From: Bacteroidia bacterium
Lineage (GTDB): Bacteria > Bacteroidota > Bacteroidia > M30B66
Assembly: GCA_965279035.1 (NCBI GenBank)
Contig: OZ257142.1
Location: 1,536,001 to 1,600,000 of the forward strand
Reading direction: 5' to 3'
Length of the DNA stretch: 64,000 nt
The first letter of the stretch is position 1, and each line of letters starts with the position of its first letter. Under the pieces are notes generated by a model. It was given only the letters and a program-made list of their open reading frames with translations. It had not been told where the DNA came from and did not search any database. Shown here in pieces: positions 60,508-64,000 of this stretch. Both the position numbers and the translations under genes were made by a program.

Positions 60508-60846
60508 CTATCTCCCAAAACACAAGTCATACGCCGATTCTAAGCAAGTTAATTCTTGTATTAATTCCGACATTTTGCATTTCAATCCTGCTCGACCAAA
60601 TTTCACAATATCAAATCCATCTATTTGTATGAGAATATCATTTTCTACTTGTATAAATTCCCATTTTGCATGAATCGAAACTTCTAATAAACGATCATAG
60701 GCAATGACATCTCCGCCTTGATTAAAAGAATAGGAAAATGTAAAAAGGAGCACCTTGTTAGTCGATTCAATTGGATCTTTAATGATGCTTTTACAAGCTG
60801 CTAAATTCATTTCATTGCAATAGAAACATTCATAAAAGCCAATCAA
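60508..60846 (-). CDS. Hypothetical protein (start uncertain)
   Basis: 112-aa ORF, TTG start 4 nt after the upstream stop. Confidence 0.3.
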   Translation of the reverse strand: MIGFYECFYCNEMNLAACKSIIKDPIESTNKVLLFTFSYSFNQGGDVIAYDRLLEVSIHAKWEFIQVENDILIQIDGFDIVKFGRAGLKCKMSELIQELTCLESAYDLCFGR

Positions 60847-60850
60847 TTTC

Positions 60851-62440
60851 TTATTTCGAAATCATCAATTTCTTCGAAATCATTTTATCTTTAGAATGAA
60901 TAATCACTTGATACATTCCCAATGGAAGTGATGAACAATCAATTTCATGTTTACTATCTAATTTCCCTACCATTACACGACTTCCTTGCACATTGAACAC
61001 TTCAAATTCTGAAGGGGAATCAATTCCTGAGAAATACACTTCATGTTGAGCTGGATTAGGATAAAGCAAAATGTTTGATTCATCTAATTGTGGGATGTCG
61101 GTTGTTAAACCAGTAAATCGAAGCATCACGACATCCGTGCCTCCGTGATTGCCCGAAATCCAGCCATCATTTCCTGCTGAACGACCTATTACATAAATAT
61201 CGTTGCTATTTCCTAAAACTACATGGTGCGCATAATCATTTTGTGAACTTCCCCAGCGAATGGTACTGATTGTATCGCCTGAATTGGCATTCACTTCAAT
61301 CACAAAACCATCCGAAAGTCCATTCCCAGTGCGAATAGAAGTATGATCCACACTGCGAGTTGATGAACATATCCAACGTGAATTGCCTGTCCCTGCAACA
61401 AATCCATAGGCATAATCTAAATTACTTCCTCCGTAGTTTTTATCCCACAGAATTGTTCCTGCAGCATTTAATTTAACCAACCACGCATCTGCATTTCCGG
61501 CAAAATAATTTGTCACATTTCCACTTCCACCACGAATGGTTCCAAGTGCTAAAATATCATCATTGGCTTCCATAATGAGTCCCGCAGGTGAATCTCCAGC
61601 CGTTCCTCCAAAAGTTTTCTTCAACGATTGAACACCCGATAGAGAATATTTGCTGAGAAATAGATCATCAGAATTCACATCATTAAAATTGTACGATGCA
61701 CCGAGTAGGTAAACGGCATCAGATGCTGAGTTAAGTTTTATATACCAAAAGCTTTCTTCCCAATCGGCGCTTACTACAAGTCCATTCGTTATCCGACTCC
61801 AAATTGGAATTCCTGTCGGGCTAATGCGCATCAACCAGGCTTTATTCGAACCTGCATACGTTGAGTTATTGATATCTCCATCAATCGAACCGCTGATTCC
61901 ACAAGCCATTAAATCTCCACCTGAGATTTCAAGTACATCAAAAAAAGTATCGGGCAAAGAACCGCCAAATTGTTTCGACCAAACTACATCGCCATCGGTG
62001 TTCAACTTCAATAAAAAGCCATCTTCACCTCCATGCGAATTGGGAAAAGTTCCATTAGATGAAGCTGTTCTACCTGCTATTAGTATGTTGCCATCTTGCA
62101 GTAAAATCAAGCTATAACATCGGTCAAAATCACTTCCGCCGTATACTCTACTCCAAATAAGTATTCCTTGTGCATCGGTTTTAAATAGCCAAATATCTTC
62201 ACTTCCAGGTCCACTTGGAATATCTCCATCGCTGGAATTCGTGAATGTAGCGGTGTAAATATTTCCACTTGCATCAATTAACGAATGAATCGAAGGTGCT
62301 CCTGAAATGCCTGTTCCAAGGCCAATCGGTTCTTCTGATGAACCACCATAACACTTGGTAAATAAGGTATCGATTTGTGCGTGTAACGAAGAAAATCCGA
62401 AGAGAAAAAGGAATGCGCTTAGCTTAATTGATTGTTTCAT
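60851..62440 (-). CDS. T9SS type A secreted beta-propeller protein
   Basis: Repeated D.(W/F)L.K....G...W...(Y/F)GG...D; LYPNP...GMY CTD. Confidence 0.85.
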   Translation of the reverse strand: MKQSIKLSAFLFLFGFSSLHAQIDTLFTKCYGGSSEEPIGLGTGISGAPSIHSLIDASGNIYTATFTNSSDGDIPSGPGSEDIWLFKTDAQGILIWSRVYGGSDFDRCYSLILLQDGNILIAGRTASSNGTFPNSHGGEDGFLLKLNTDGDVVWSKQFGGSLPDTFFDVLEISGGDLMACGISGSIDGDINNSTYAGSNKAWLMRISPTGIPIWSRITNGLVVSADWEESFWYIKLNSASDAVYLLGASYNFNDVNSDDLFLSKYSLSGVQSLKKTFGGTAGDSPAGLIMEANDDILALGTIRGGSGNVTNYFAGNADAWLVKLNAAGTILWDKNYGGSNLDYAYGFVAGTGNSRWICSSTRSVDHTSIRTGNGLSDGFVIEVNANSGDTISTIRWGSSQNDYAHHVVLGNSNDIYVIGRSAGNDGWISGNHGGTDVVMLRFTGLTTDIPQLDESNILLYPNPAQHEVYFSGIDSPSEFEVFNVQGSRVMVGKLDSKHEIDCSSLPLGMYQVIIHSKDKMISKKLMISK

Positions 62441-62619
62441 AAAGGCAAATTAAACCAGAATTTACCTTGAGGAAAAATCTCTATTCAGGGTGCATCTTAT
62501 TTAAAAATGAGATTTCAATTTTTCCAATTTGAATCTATCTCAGAATCAAATCATCACCAAAATCAATAAGCTATTAAAGTTGAAATTGTGCTTATTTTGA
62601 AAGAGTATACCAGCGTATT

Positions 62620-64000
62620 TTAGAATTTCAAATTAGCTCCAATGCTTGGTAAAATAGGTAGCTGATTAATTCGTTGAAATTTCACTCGGTCGAAATAGAA
62701 AATATTATCACGATTGTATGTATTCGTTACACCTGCCGAAAGTTCCAAAGTGGTATTTTCTCCTAAAACAATGGAGTGTTTTAAATTCACATCCAAACGG
62801 TGGTAAGCAGGTAGTCGTCCTTGATTAAGCGCTCCAAAGGTTGACCCCAAAGTTCCGTTTGTTGTAGTGTAATTTCCGTTGATATTGTTGGTTAAATTGA
62901 TATTCTCGTAAAAGCCTTGTGTTTGAGTGAATGGAAATCCTGATCCATAATTCCAACGTGCACTAAAGCTCCAATTGAGCCCTTTTCCAAATTCGTATGA
63001 AGCCAATAGATTAATGTTGTGGCGACGATCCCAAACTGGACTGTAATTGATTAATTCATCTTCACGAGTTACTTTCATCAATGAATAAACTGCCCAGATG
63101 TAAAAACGTTTGTAATCGTATTTCAAGGTCATATCAACCCCTTTGGAAGCTCCTTTTTCGAGGATGAAATCTTTCTTTTGAACATCCGGTTTATCTTCGT
63201 TTTCAGTATTGTCGTCGTACAATTTGTTACGATTGATATTCGTCAACTGATTGAAGTTGAAATAATACGCTTCCACATTCCATTTGATGTGCTTTGTTAA
63301 GTTGCTTTCGAAACCGAAAATGATATGTTGTGCTTTTTGAAGTTTACTCGTGCGTTCAACTCCTTTAAACTTTGTTGGAGCATTATCAGGTGCTGTTAGA
63401 AATCCATAAAACAAATTCACCACATCCCGATCGGATACACCGGCAATTAAGTTTTGACTGTACAATCCACTAGCAAATTTCAATCGGAATTTATCGGTCA
63501 CATTGTATTTCAAGCCCAAGCGTGGTTCGGGTGATGCTTCTCCAAGTGAGGCATAATAATGCATCCGGAAACTTGGTTCAGCAACTAATTTCCCAATGGT
63601 AAAATGGTACTTCGCATACAATGCGAGTTCGGTGTTGTTTTCGTTCTGTTGAATTTTACGATTCACTTCGTTGTAAAATGTAAAATCGGTATTCAAACCA
63701 ATGGCTTCAACTCCCCAAAGCAAATCGTTTTTCCCAAAGAAATACTTAAAGTTGAGCGCAAGATTAAATCCGCTGATTTCGCTACTACGCGAAGGACGAC
63801 TGGCTTCGTCGAGGGTGATTTTATAATCGCTATAACTAAAAACTCCATCCATCACGAAATTTGATGTATTGGGAACGAGTACGAAATTGGCTCCTGCTCC
63901 GAACGTATTCCAATGTAAATCTTGTAAACTTTTATAACGCACACGATCCGAAAAATCGAAACCGGTGATATTCAATTTACTGCCATTGTCTCCGTTGAAC
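62620..64000 (-). CDS. TonB-dependent receptor (5' end beyond window)
   Basis: EPR, DRRH..N, GFPFT, RLPAYHRLD, N.YNR.N, terminal F. Confidence 0.85.
   Translation of the reverse strand, partial: FNGDNGSKLNITGFDFSDRVRYKSLQDLHWNTFGAGANFVLVPNTSNFVMDGVFSYSDYKITLDEASRPSRSSEISGFNLALNFKYFFGKNDLLWGVEAIGLNTDFTFYNEVNRKIQQNENNTELALYAKYHFTIGKLVAEPSFRMHYYASLGEASPEPRLGLKYNVTDKFRLKFASGLYSQNLIAGVSDRDVVNLFYGFLTAPDNAPTKFKGVERTSKLQKAQHIIFGFESNLTKHIKWNVEAYYFNFNQLTNINRNKLYDDNTENEDKPDVQKKDFILEKGASKGVDMTLKYDYKRFYIWAVYSLMKVTREDELINYSPVWDRRHNINLLASYEFGKGLNWSFSARWNYGSGFPFTQTQGFYENINLTNNINGNYTTTNGTLGSTFGALNQGRLPAYHRLDVNLKHSIVLGENTTLELSAGVTNTYNRDNIFYFDRVKFQRINQLPILPSIGANLKF

Noticed and set aside
226-63864. Many short ORFs overlapping longer genes (e.g. 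226-411, 10520-10852, 28309-28668, 35729-36109, 49676-50143)
   Set aside because: Shadow or alternate-frame ORFs of well-supported genes, with no recognisable motifs.
1-64000. tRNA, rRNA or tmRNA genes
   Set aside because: No cloverleaf or rRNA-like sequence recognised in any intergenic region by eye.

Overview
AT-rich Bacteroidota chromosomal segment (T9SS type A/B C-terminal domains, TAnnTTTG promoters, SprB repeats, CxxxY-type CcmE). It has two halves. (1) About 1.7-35.6 kb is an accessory region. It follows a HipA-like kinase/DUF3037 pair, opens with an orphan tyrosine integrase, and holds stress genes (BON, SDR, Dps), GNATs, an AlkZ glycosylase, a complete IS4-family element (20-bp IRs, 9-bp TSD), a DUF3380 muramidase with a membrane partner, a propeller-PP2C sensor, an ArsR-SRPBCC-DoxX operon and a decaying surface-protein operon. 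(2) About 35.6-64 kb is mostly core genes (nnrDE, coaE, yajC, maf, ubiA-like, kdsC, ccmCDEF, MoxR cluster, TonB-dependent receptor), interrupted by a low-GC two-gene islet encoding DUF2188 and an NDT/TIR-like protein. The best candidates for undescribed biology are that islet (putative defence or toxin-antitoxin module) and a two-copy, multi-pseudoknot intergenic element with compensatory base changes. Also notable are a second two-copy structured 3'-UTR element, a thioester-domain-like secreted protein, and a SprB/S74-like adhesin with a stop codon and G10 tract in its signal peptide. No tRNA, rRNA, CRISPR array or reverse transcriptase was seen. All family assignments come from motif recognition by eye, not database searches.
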